Positions 9,201 through 17,516 of a stretch of DNA of 20,000 nt are shown piece by piece. Positions within the stretch are counted from its first letter, which is position 1; every line of letters starts with the position of its first letter. Below the pieces are notes generated by a model. That model made no database searches and was not told where the DNA came from. It saw nothing but the letters and a program-made list of their open reading frames with translations. A program made the translations under genes and the position numbers. The stretch is from the NCBI GenBank assembly GCA_018985235.1, contig JADGIG010000002.1, positions 60,034 to 80,033 of the forward strand, given 5' to 3'. The DNA is from Sanchytrium tribonematis. Lineage: Eukaryota.

Positions 9201-10832
9201 ATGAAACCGCTCGAATTGAATGCTCTCAGACGAAGCGTCTATCAAATATCAAACAAAACCACAACTTCAGCAATATCTAGAATTTTGGAAGCCTTGACCA
9301 GATCTAAATATGACCTTGTTGATCGAACTCAATTAGCCGAAATCACGGCAACGAAAAGGCCAAATACATCCACTATAAATTGCTTTTTACATCTATCTGC
9401 AAAATCTGGTAATTTTTCACGACCGTTTAGACTTTACGAAGAGACTAAAAATCTGATCTCCTTAGAAACTTTAAGAGAGTTTGCAATTTTTGCTCAAAAA
9501 GTAAATGACCCAATTTATGTGTCAGAAGTAATAGAAACGTCAAAAAAGTTAGTGGTGGATCCTCTCAAAGTTAAAAATAATATAGGAGCCGCATTCAAAT
9601 ATATCATTGCTGGAAAATCTATTCTTATATGTCTGTTCTTTAATTTGCATTTTTTACCAACGCTAATTCTTCTTGCCGCAAACACAGCTATGCTATATTT
9701 TATTCGACCAGCTCAACGCGAAACTCTCAAAGCGATTACCAATTTAGAAACGAAATATTTTTTTCACCCATTCAATACATGGACAACCGATATGATTACA
9801 AACTATATCATTACTTTGAGAGCAGCTGAGCAAGTTCGAAATGACAGAATAGAAGACTTTGAATCGAAGTCTAGGATATCAACTTTAATTAACTCTAAAA
9901 CGATTCACGATAAATTCAAGTCGAAACAGTTTGAGAGTGTCATTGATTCTTATATTGGAAATGAAAAAACAACTCCATCAGCAGTTGCGAGTGTCATGAA
10001 TTCGTATTTTGAGACGGGCAAGCCTTTAGAAGCATTAAAGTTATACGAAGAAAACAGAGCTAATATTTTTAATACTCATATAAATAGAAAGAGATTTGTT
10101 CTTAACAACTTAATTAAATCTCTCGGATTCAGTGGATTTCCTCAGTATGCTGAATTTGTATTACTAAGTGAATTTCACAGATTGAATGTAAAGCCAACAT
10201 CGAGATCCTTGATAAAAGTTGTACAATCTCTTCAAAATTGTGACGATTCATATTCTAGATTCTGGCACAATTTGAAAAATTCAACTTCTGTTGATTCGAT
10301 TTATATTTCCGAAATATTTGGAATTTCTTACCACGATATTATGAACATTATCAAGAATCGCTGTGATCTTATAGAAACATTACCTGGGAGTTATAAGTCT
10401 GAAATTGTGGATCCACTTCGAGTCGCTTTTGCGTATTTTAGACAATTAGAAAAGTTTGATGCTATATCAGTCGGAGTTTTCATGACGTCGTGCATTATGA
10501 GCAAGCAGCACTACGCCACTGTGAGATTATTTAGTATGTTCCACCAAATTACAGAGATTGATTCATCCGAACTATACTTTTTGGATCCTTTCAGTGGAAA
10601 TCGCATTAATTTAGACATGTCGATATTTGAACCTCCCCAATTTAGCTTTTTTGATGAAATGCTACTTTTTGGAAAGTCTTCGATAATCAACCGCACCAGA
10701 TTTTATCCTCCTTCAGAAAGAATGATGAAAGTTGCCAGAAATGCACTAAGTGCATTGGGTTTGGCTTCTGACGATATAAATACACAATTTAGAATTAGAA
10801 GCGCCAACCTTATATCATTAGATCTACACTGA
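9201..10832 (+). CDS. Hypothetical protein with PPR-like helical repeats and a hydrophobic segment; possibly mitochondrial (543 aa from first ATG)
   Basis: PPR-like motifs PNTSTINCFLHLSAKSGNFSRPFRLYEE, VMNSYFETGKPLEALKLYEE and LNNLIKSLGFSG...NVKPTSRS. The N-terminus is basic and rich in S/T. The track start at 9168 is TTG; the first ATG is at 9201. Confidence 0.6.
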   Translation: MKPLELNALRRSVYQISNKTTTSAISRILEALTRSKYDLVDRTQLAEITATKRPNTSTINCFLHLSAKSGNFSRPFRLYEETKNLISLETLREFAIFAQKVNDPIYVSEVIETSKKLVVDPLKVKNNIGAAFKYIIAGKSILICLFFNLHFLPTLILLAANTAMLYFIRPAQRETLKAITNLETKYFFHPFNTWTTDMITNYIITLRAAEQVRNDRIEDFESKSRISTLINSKTIHDKFKSKQFESVIDSYIGNEKTTPSAVASVMNSYFETGKPLEALKLYEENRANIFNTHINRKRFVLNNLIKSLGFSGFPQYAEFVLLSEFHRLNVKPTSRSLIKVVQSLQNCDDSYSRFWHNLKNSTSVDSIYISEIFGISYHDIMNIIKNRCDLIETLPGSYKSEIVDPLRVAFAYFRQLEKFDAISVGVFMTSCIMSKQHYATVRLFSMFHQITEIDSSELYFLDPFSGNRINLDMSIFEPPQFSFFDEMLLFGKSSIINRTRFYPPSERMMKVARNALSALGLASDDINTQFRIRSANLISLDLH

Positions 10833-10861
10833 ATTTATTCTCATCACACGAATTTGGTAAA

Positions 10862-10890
10862 ATCTTATCGGCGACAAGATATCTTATCGG
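10862..10890. promoter_or_regulatory. Candidate GATA-site cluster (ATCTTATCGG twice, plus AAGATATCTT palindrome)
   Basis: 10-bp direct repeat at 10862..10871 and 10881..10890, each containing GATAAG on the minus strand. Palindrome at 10876..10885. The cluster lies about 60 bp upstream of ATG 10953. Confidence 0.35.
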
Positions 10891-10952
10891 GGTAATTAGT
10901 TCTGCGATCTAAGAGCAATAAATGGAGACTCACCTTCAATAATTCGCTTTCT

Positions 10953-12545
10953 ATGTCTTTTCAAGACTACTCTATATTTAAACGACTCTATTCCAGTGAA
11001 GATCACGTTGTTTATTTAGTAAAGAAAGAAAGTAAATTTTTGATTAGGAAGGATGTTTGCTCTGGGGCTACTAAAATTCCCAGTCATCCCCACATTCAAA
11101 ATTATATCCACAAACATGGAAACAAATACTACTTCGATCTACCACCTTCTAATGGCTTTAATTCATTGCAACGCAAACCTCAGATGATGATCAAAGTTTT
11201 GGTCGAATTATTTGGCGTCTTATATAGCATGGAACAAAAAAACACAAAGCATGGTCGGGTCACTTTAGAAAACATTAGAGTTAAGAATGGCAGCCTTTAT
11301 TTAATTAATTGCGCACTTGCAAGTTGTCCAAAGGAAAATGTCAAATCAGACATATCTCAATTCGGAGACTTATTGCAGCTTATATTCTTCGATCACTGTG
11401 GAAAAGATACCACATGTAGACCAAAGAGATTAAAAAAGTTTATAAAGAAGTGCCACATGAAAGAAGCCTTATTCGAAAATTTGAAACGAGAATTTCATTG
11501 CGTGTTTTCTTCGCAAACTTCTTTAAAACGCTGTCAATCCTTATTAAGAAGGTCAAATTTAGCTGGTTTGCCGCCAATTCAAGACGAAGCGATCTCTATA
11601 GCGAAAGACTTTCGACGTGCAAGTATGGGCGACATACATAGCATGACTAAGATCGGGGAATGCTACGCCACGGATAAAAGACAAAGCGGATGTTCTATAT
11701 ATTGGCTAAAAATGGCTGCTTGGAATGGTTGTTCTAAAGCATGTTTGGAGTTATGCAAAATATATATTAAAGGTCCAAAATCGTTGCAAAACTTTATCGC
11801 AGCGGAAGCGTTACTAAAAACACATCTTAACTCATACGAATCGCTTGAATTGTACGCCGAATTACAGATTGTTCGTCAGGATGGCAATATGGACCTGGCT
11901 CAGATGCTATTAAAAAGAAGTCTGGCAAAAGCAAGACCATCTGCTTACGTTCTAATGGGAAGAATATATCAATTGAAAAATATTCCAGAGAAGTCTACAT
12001 TGTTCTTTCAAAAAGCCGCTAACCTCGGTAACTGCGCTGGTCGATATTATTATAGTATCGATTTGGTGGAAGGCATTTTAATGAATAAAGACCTGGATAA
12101 GGCCAAAAATTTGTTACATAAAAATGACGAATTTCATCATCCCGAAAGTTTGCTGCTTTTAGGAAACGTACACGAAATGGAAGGAGAGTTTGCATCAGCT
12201 TATCTTTCTTATAAAAAAGGTGCGGCTCTCCAAGATTGCTCGTGCGCCATTGAGCTTGCCAAACTTCAAAGTGCTGGTAAAGGATGCGAAGAAAACAAGT
12301 CATTAGCTATTAAAACCCTAAGAAGCATTTCTTCAGAATGCCCTTATGCATATTTCAAATTGTATTTAATATATGAAAGTGTGAATGATATATTGAACGC
12401 GGATGAAGCATTGAAATTTGGAGCCTTGAAAGGTTGTGAGGAGTGCATTGAGAAAATGCATACCGGAAACTTAAATCGATTAGATTCGACTCCAACAAAA
12501 TGGAGAAGGTTGATGTCCATTTTGCCAAAAGTATTTTATAAGTAA
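10953..12545 (+). CDS. N-terminal degenerate protein-kinase (pseudokinase) domain fused to Sel1-like repeats
   Basis: Kinase-like order of motifs (DYSIFKRL, VVYLVK, HPHI, HGRVTLENI, LYLINCALA, KSDISQFG), but no HRD aspartate or DFG. Sel1-like repeats include YWLKMAAWNG, FFQKAANLGN and LQSAGKGCEENKSLA. Confidence 0.7.
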   Translation: MSFQDYSIFKRLYSSEDHVVYLVKKESKFLIRKDVCSGATKIPSHPHIQNYIHKHGNKYYFDLPPSNGFNSLQRKPQMMIKVLVELFGVLYSMEQKNTKHGRVTLENIRVKNGSLYLINCALASCPKENVKSDISQFGDLLQLIFFDHCGKDTTCRPKRLKKFIKKCHMKEALFENLKREFHCVFSSQTSLKRCQSLLRRSNLAGLPPIQDEAISIAKDFRRASMGDIHSMTKIGECYATDKRQSGCSIYWLKMAAWNGCSKACLELCKIYIKGPKSLQNFIAAEALLKTHLNSYESLELYAELQIVRQDGNMDLAQMLLKRSLAKARPSAYVLMGRIYQLKNIPEKSTLFFQKAANLGNCAGRYYYSIDLVEGILMNKDLDKAKNLLHKNDEFHHPESLLLLGNVHEMEGEFASAYLSYKKGAALQDCSCAIELAKLQSAGKGCEENKSLAIKTLRSISSECPYAYFKLYLIYESVNDILNADEALKFGALKGCEECIEKMHTGNLNRLDSTPTKWRRLMSILPKVFYK

Positions 12546-12546
12546 A

Positions 12547-12678
12547 TTAATTGTGGGATATCTCCTAAAGAAAAAGTATAAAATATAAAAAAGTAGAGTC
12601 AAACCTGAGATCGAATACATATTCATCAGCATCAGTACGTTAATCAATCTCTTTTGAATTTAATTTGGGATATCTCCT
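12547..12678. repeat. Imperfect ~20-bp direct repeat TTAATT(G)TGGGATATCTCCT bracketing the intergenic region
   Basis: Copies at 12547..12566 and 12660..12678. The exact 13-mer TGGGATATCTCCT is at 12554..12566 and 12666..12678. Confidence 0.8.
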
Positions 12679-12687
12679 TGATGCAAA

Positions 12688-13518
12688 ATGACAAACAAAT
12701 ACGTTTCTATTCGTCCACCACGAGAAGTGGGCTATCTTCCTATGGAGACATTTGTCATTGGAATAAGTGTGAAAAGAAATGTACAATCAGTTATCAATGC
12801 ATTGTCAAACTCAGAAGCAACACGTCAAAAATTTAGGCATTTAAAAGTTATTCGTCCTTTAAAGCTAAATGAAGAATTCTATGGTTTCGTGTGTGATGTT
12901 GAAGACTATTTTGCTATTCTTCTAGGGCAAGCGGTCCGCCTCGACAAAATTAAACTTACAGTTAATGAATTCATCATTCAATTTCTGCTCGTAAAATTGC
13001 CATCGTTACCACCATTATCTAGTATACAATATGACCGTGTTAAAAATCTGTGGCCAATACATTTTAAATGTAATTTGGACAAGTCGTACAAATTGTCAGA
13101 CTCCTCTTACATTACACAGCAAACTGAGCGAATCGTCAAATCCGGATTTACTTGCGCCATTATTAATCCGACATTATCTATTGAAATTGCTACTAACCAT
13201 ATTGCACCATTTGATTCTTCTCAAATTTTTGATCATCCAGTTATGACTCTTCTAGACTTATTAGCAATTGATGAATTGCGTTGTAATAACGATAAACGCT
13301 ATCTCGCAACAGACTGTGATTGTTTTATTAAATTCGAACCATGTGTCATGTGCGGAATGGCTCTTCTTCATTCCAGAATCAAAAGAATTTTTATTTTAAG
13401 AGGTAGCAGTACCTTGAGTGATTGTGGCCATGACAAAGCTTTTTCTCAATTTTACTTGCACTGCCAAAGTGATTTAAATCATAGATTTCTAGTTTATAAT
13501 GCTGATTGCTCACCCTAA
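12688..13518 (+). CDS. TAD3: tRNA-specific adenosine-34 deaminase non-catalytic subunit TAD3/ADAT3
   Basis: Motifs HLKVIR, WPIHF, pseudo-active site HPVM, YLATDCD...EPCVMCGMALLHSRIKRIF and LNHRFLVY. Confidence 0.9.
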   Translation: MTNKYVSIRPPREVGYLPMETFVIGISVKRNVQSVINALSNSEATRQKFRHLKVIRPLKLNEEFYGFVCDVEDYFAILLGQAVRLDKIKLTVNEFIIQFLLVKLPSLPPLSSIQYDRVKNLWPIHFKCNLDKSYKLSDSSYITQQTERIVKSGFTCAIINPTLSIEIATNHIAPFDSSQIFDHPVMTLLDLLAIDELRCNNDKRYLATDCDCFIKFEPCVMCGMALLHSRIKRIFILRGSSTLSDCGHDKAFSQFYLHCQSDLNHRFLVYNADCSP

Positions 13519-13562
13519 TCTACGGTTTGATTAAGAAATAAATAAGATTATTTTTCAAACTT

Positions 13563-13985
13563 ATGCTTCACAATTCCATCTCAATTAAAAACATATCTTC
13601 CCTAGGTAGGTGGTCCACTTCATCTGGAAAGAAAAAGACGCTGAATATGTTGCTAAATGCCAACGATGAATATTATCAATCTTGCTCGCCGAGTGCACCT
13701 CATACCATCTACGTAGATTTCGAAGCTGAAAAGTATGTCGATAGCGTAAAAATTAAACTTGATCTGGCCGACGAGACGTATTTACCGGATGAAATAGAAA
13801 TACTGGGTGGATCTCATTTGTCAATGGTCACAATTACGACGAAAAAACTTCCATCACCAGTTTTCGAAGCTTGGGTTATCTTTGATATAAATTATGACTT
13901 GTGCGCATTAGCTATACGTATCAATAGCGTCAAAAGTGGGGGGCAAGACGTCCGGCTGTCTCAGATTCAAATACTTGGATATTGA
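13563..13985 (+). CDS. APC10: APC/C subunit APC10/Doc1-like (DOC domain), divergent
   Basis: WSTSS.K, YYQS...PHTIYVDF, DETYLPDEIEI.GG and GGQDVRLSQIQILG follow the APC10 motif order. Confidence 0.75.
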   Translation: MLHNSISIKNISSLGRWSTSSGKKKTLNMLLNANDEYYQSCSPSAPHTIYVDFEAEKYVDSVKIKLDLADETYLPDEIEILGGSHLSMVTITTKKLPSPVFEAWVIFDINYDLCALAIRINSVKSGGQDVRLSQIQILGY

Positions 13986-14021
13986 ATTATTGCCACGATA
14001 AAATTAAAACTTTTTTGTAAC

Positions 14022-14450
14022 ATGATCTTGAGCATCTGGATTGTGAATAAAGCTGGCAGTTTAATCTATTCTAAAGACTATAATCCAAACAAACAGTCAA
14101 ATATACGCACTTTAACATCAAATGACGCTATTGTCTTGGCTTCAACATTGCATTCTTTGACAGCGATATCGAGCAGAGTCAGTCCAATCTTAGGCAGAGG
14201 AGTTCCTAGCCGGGGTTTGCGACAAATATTTACCACCTTGTTTACGATATATATACATACCACAATTACGGGCATAAAATTCATAGTATTGACAACACCG
14301 TCAAATAGTTCCATGGAATCGTTTTTTCTCAAATTGCATGAAGCCTATAGCGACTTTGTCGTTAAAAATGCATTTTACACACTTGAACATCCTATTAAAA
14401 ACCCTTTGTTTGACCAACAGTTAGACAACTTGCAAAAATTGGCAAACTGA
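14022..14450 (+). CDS. TRS23: TRAPP complex subunit TRS23/TRAPPC4 (sybindin family), short form
   Basis: Motifs IVNKAGSLIY, LTSND.IVLASTLHSL.AIS, TGIKFIV and YSDFVVKNAFYTLEHPIK..LFD. Confidence 0.9.
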   Translation: MILSIWIVNKAGSLIYSKDYNPNKQSNIRTLTSNDAIVLASTLHSLTAISSRVSPILGRGVPSRGLRQIFTTLFTIYIHTTITGIKFIVLTTPSNSSMESFFLKLHEAYSDFVVKNAFYTLEHPIKNPLFDQQLDNLQKLAN

Positions 14451-14475
14451 TAGATTCGTTTATTCGAAAATAAAT

Positions 14476-15463
14476 TTATTTTCGAGCAGCGTCGTAATTA
14501 TTTACAAACCACTCAATGCTGCTTCTTAAGGCAACATGAAAGTCCGTAAATTCAAACTCTGGGTATAATGTTTTCAATTTGTGATTGCTACTTGGTTTGC
14601 GATATTGTCCATCAGATTTAGATGTATCCCAAATAATGTCTTGTTTGTAACCCATGATAGATGCGATGCTTTCCGCCACCTCTTTTATAGGTATCTCTTC
14701 ATTCTCTGAAGGTGATAAGATGATTGGCTCTGTACTGTTGTACTCAAACATGACCCAAATAATAAGTTTAGCTAGATCCAAGCTATAAATAAATTGTCTT
14801 AATGGTGAACCAGATCCCGAAACAGTAAAACTTGTCCCTGTTTCTAAATAAAAGTAAGTTACGCTTGGCTATATAGCACTTATGGATCAAAGCTGGGATA
14901 ACATGCGCATTATCCAAGTTGTAGTTGTCGTGAGCACCAAAGATATTTGTAGGAATGACACTCGTAAAATTTAAGCCATACTGGTCCTTATACATTTGAT
15001 TGTATACATCAATCATTCGTTTCGCATATGCATATCCAAAATTACTGGGATGTGGAGGACCCAAATGTATTTTTTCTTCAGTTAAAGGATAATCTACTTT
15101 ATCAGGAAATATGCAAGTGCTTAAGCAACTTACTACCCTGCACTCATATTGAGCTGCGGTAGATAAGATATTGTCATTCATCAAATTGTTTTCATGTAAA
15201 AAGTCAGCCTTATATCTCATGTTTGCGAAGAGACCTCCGACTTTCGCAGCAAGATGCAGTACGTGTGTTGGTTTGTGTTCCTCGAAGTAATTCTGAACCT
15301 CTTGCAAATTAAGTAAATTGCAATCATTCGATGACGCAAAAATCCAGTCTCCTTTTATGTTGTCTTGCTTGACGACGCTTTGAACTGCTCTTCCCACAAG
15401 ACCTGTCGCTCCAGTTACTAGAATTTTTGGTTGTGAAGTCAAGTCGAACCTCTCAGCAAGCAT
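14476..15463 (-). CDS. GFUS: GDP-L-fucose synthase (GDP-4-keto-6-deoxymannose epimerase/reductase, FX/TSTA3 type), spliced join(15463..14863,14843..14476), 322 aa
   Basis: Motifs KILVTGATGLVG, HLAAKVGGLFAN, SCLSTCIFPDK and NFGYAYAKR. After splicing, GSGSPLRQFIYSLDLAKL and DGQYRKP follow. The start is ATG 15463 (MLAERF). Confidence 0.93.
14844..14862 (-). other. 19-nt spliceosomal intron in GDP-fucose synthase (phase 1)
   Basis: Sequence GTAACTTACTTTTATTTAG. The spliced reading is HKCYIAK-Q-TGTSFTVSGSGSPLRQFIYS. Confidence 0.92.
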
Positions 15464-15568
15464 CAAAATTTGAAACCTCCTGAAAATAAACGACAAAGCG
15501 TGATGTGTCAGATAAAGACGACGTCTAAGACGGATTGTAATAAATAGCAAACTTGGGCGAAGCTATTG

Positions 15569-16625
15569 ATGTTGAGTGAATCTAGCAAAGTGGCACTAAT
15601 TACTGGCATTAACGGTCAAGATGGAAGTTATCTCGCGGAATTGTTATTAGAAAAGGGCTACATGGTACATGGTATAATTAGAAAAGCCAGCATATTAAAT
15701 ACAGAACGTATAGATCATTTGTATGAGCATCCCAATTTAAAATTGCATTACGGAGATTTAACAGATGCCACGTCACTTTTGACCCTGTTAGCATCTATAA
15801 CACCAAATGAAGTATACAACTTGGGGGCTCAGAGTCATGTTAAGGTATCTTTTGAATTGCCAGCCTACACCGCCCAAGTAGATGGAATTGGAACACTCCA
15901 TATGCTAGAATGCATTTTGAAACTTGGCTTCCCATGTAAATTTTACCAAGCAAGTACTAGTGAGCTTTACGGAAAGGTTCAAGAAATACCTCAGAGTGAA
16001 ACAACTCCATTTTATCCACGGTCACCGTATTTTTGTCTAATTTAGATATGGTGTAGCGAAACTTTACGCTTATTGGATAACGGTGAATTATAGAGAACAG
16101 GGCTTGTTCGCATGTAATGGAATACTTTTTAATCACGAGTCCCCAAGGCGTGGAAGAACATTTGTAACACGTAAAATAACAAGGGCAGTCGCTGAAATCG
16201 TCAGCGGGCTTACTGATAAAATCGTTCTCGGAAATTTAGATGCTCGTAGAGACTGGGGCCACGCTAAAGACTATGTCGAAGGAATGTGGAGAATTTTACA
16301 GCAAGACGTTCCAGAGGACTACGTTCTTTCAACGGGAGAAGATCATTCTGTCCGTGAATTTGTGGAACTTGCTTTTTCATATGTCGGGATCGAAATCAAT
16401 TGGGAAGGCGAAGGGGTTGACGAAATTGGAAAAGACCGTAAAACAGGAAAGCTTTTGGTAGAAGTCAGCCCGAAATACTTTAGACCAACAGAAGTGGAGC
16501 AATTACTTGGCAATTGCTCTAAGGCTAAGAAAAATCTGGGCTGGACTCCCAGCTGCACATTTAAAGAATTAGTTGAAGAAATGGTGGAATCTGACTTGGC
16601 AGAAGTTAAAAAAGGATATAAATAA
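15569..16625 (+). CDS. GMD: GDP-mannose 4,6-dehydratase, spliced join(15569..16026,16046..16625), 345 aa
   Basis: Motifs [27 protein letters not shown] and [10 protein letters not shown]. Splicing restores the catalytic YxxxK in FYPRSPYGVAKLY. Further motifs are [22 protein letters not shown] and YFRPTEV. Confidence 0.95.
16027..16045 (+). other. 19-nt spliceosomal intron in GMD (phase 2)
   Basis: Sequence GTATTTTTGTCTAATTTAG. Removal yields the conserved [21 protein letters not shown]. Confidence 0.95.
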
Positions 16626-16634
16626 AGGCATGCT

Positions 16635-17513
16635 TTACTCTTCATCTGAAATTTTCTTAATCATTTGAAATGCCGCATTCAATTCTTCATCTAGACCAAA
16701 CATGGTCACAACTAGACTCTCATCCTTCAAGTACTCTTTCTCGAATTTCACCCCACTGTCGTAACCAATCTGTTTCAAATTAGAATCACGGTCTCCCAAT
16801 ACCTTACTTTGCATGCTCTTAGGTATTGTGATTTTTCTTCTGCTAGAAGCATTCTTGGATTTTGAAATTTTATCTTTGTCTGATAAGGTGGTTTTTGTTA
16901 CAGCACGATTCTCACTTATTTCATCCACATTCTTATTCTTACGTTTATCTTCCGATTTTTCACCCCTAGGAGATGTTCTATATAAAACGCCTTTATGGTC
17001 TACTAGCTTGCTAGGATCATAATAAATATTATTCACTGGAGAGTCTTTAATCCAGTCTAATATTTTGGTCAAAGCATAATGGATGTCATCTCCAATAATC
17101 AAAACCATTCTGTCTGTAGATTGTGGAAGAAGATCGTCAAAGCATGTAACTTTGATTCCATTTTCTCTTAATTCTTTCACGTTAGAGCCTTTTTTACCAA
17201 TAATTGTTCCTATCAAGAAATGTGATAGTAAAATTCTCAACAACATTTGGTTTTTTCTTATTTTCTCAGCAATAAAGGCACAACTTTTTGATAAATCTTC
17301 AGCTGGCCCGTTCAAAGAACAAATACGGTCATAGCAGCCCTCAATGTGTTCACTGATAGCAATTCTCACATCAAAATCAGCCCTAATTTTTTCAATCGTG
17401 CTGCCTTTAGATCCAATGATTATGCCTGCTTCCTTGTTATTGAGAAGCAATCGGATAGTGATATTTTTAGAAGTCATGTATTCAGTAGGAGATCTCAAAA
17501 AAGATTTGCACAT
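16635..17513 (-). CDS. Triple KH-domain RNA-binding protein (hnRNP K/PCBP/Hek2-like)
   Basis: KH1 IRLLL...GIIIGSKGSTI, KH2 LRILL...GTIIGKKGSNV and a degenerate KH3 KVLGDRDSNLKQI. An alternative start is ATG 17477 (MTSKN). Confidence 0.8.
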   Translation of the reverse strand: MCKSFLRSPTEYMTSKNITIRLLLNNKEAGIIIGSKGSTIEKIRADFDVRIAISEHIEGCYDRICSLNGPAEDLSKSCAFIAEKIRKNQMLLRILLSHFLIGTIIGKKGSNVKELRENGIKVTCFDDLLPQSTDRMVLIIGDDIHYALTKILDWIKDSPVNNIYYDPSKLVDHKGVLYRTSPRGEKSEDKRKNKNVDEISENRAVTKTTLSDKDKISKSKNASSRRKITIPKSMQSKVLGDRDSNLKQIGYDSGVKFEKEYLKDESLVVTMFGLDEELNAAFQMIKKISDEE

Positions 17514-17516
17514 TTA

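Noticed and set aside
12480..12632. 50-codon minus-strand ORF (MLMNMYSISGLTLLFYILYFFFRR...) across the repeat-bounded spacer
   Set aside because: Its hydrophobicity follows from T-richness, it overlaps the Sel1 gene end, and it has no recognisable homology.
14476..16625. Bacterial gmd-fcl operon contamination or recent horizontal transfer
   Set aside because: The genes are divergent, both contain host-type 19-nt introns, and the synthase resembles the eukaryotic FX type.
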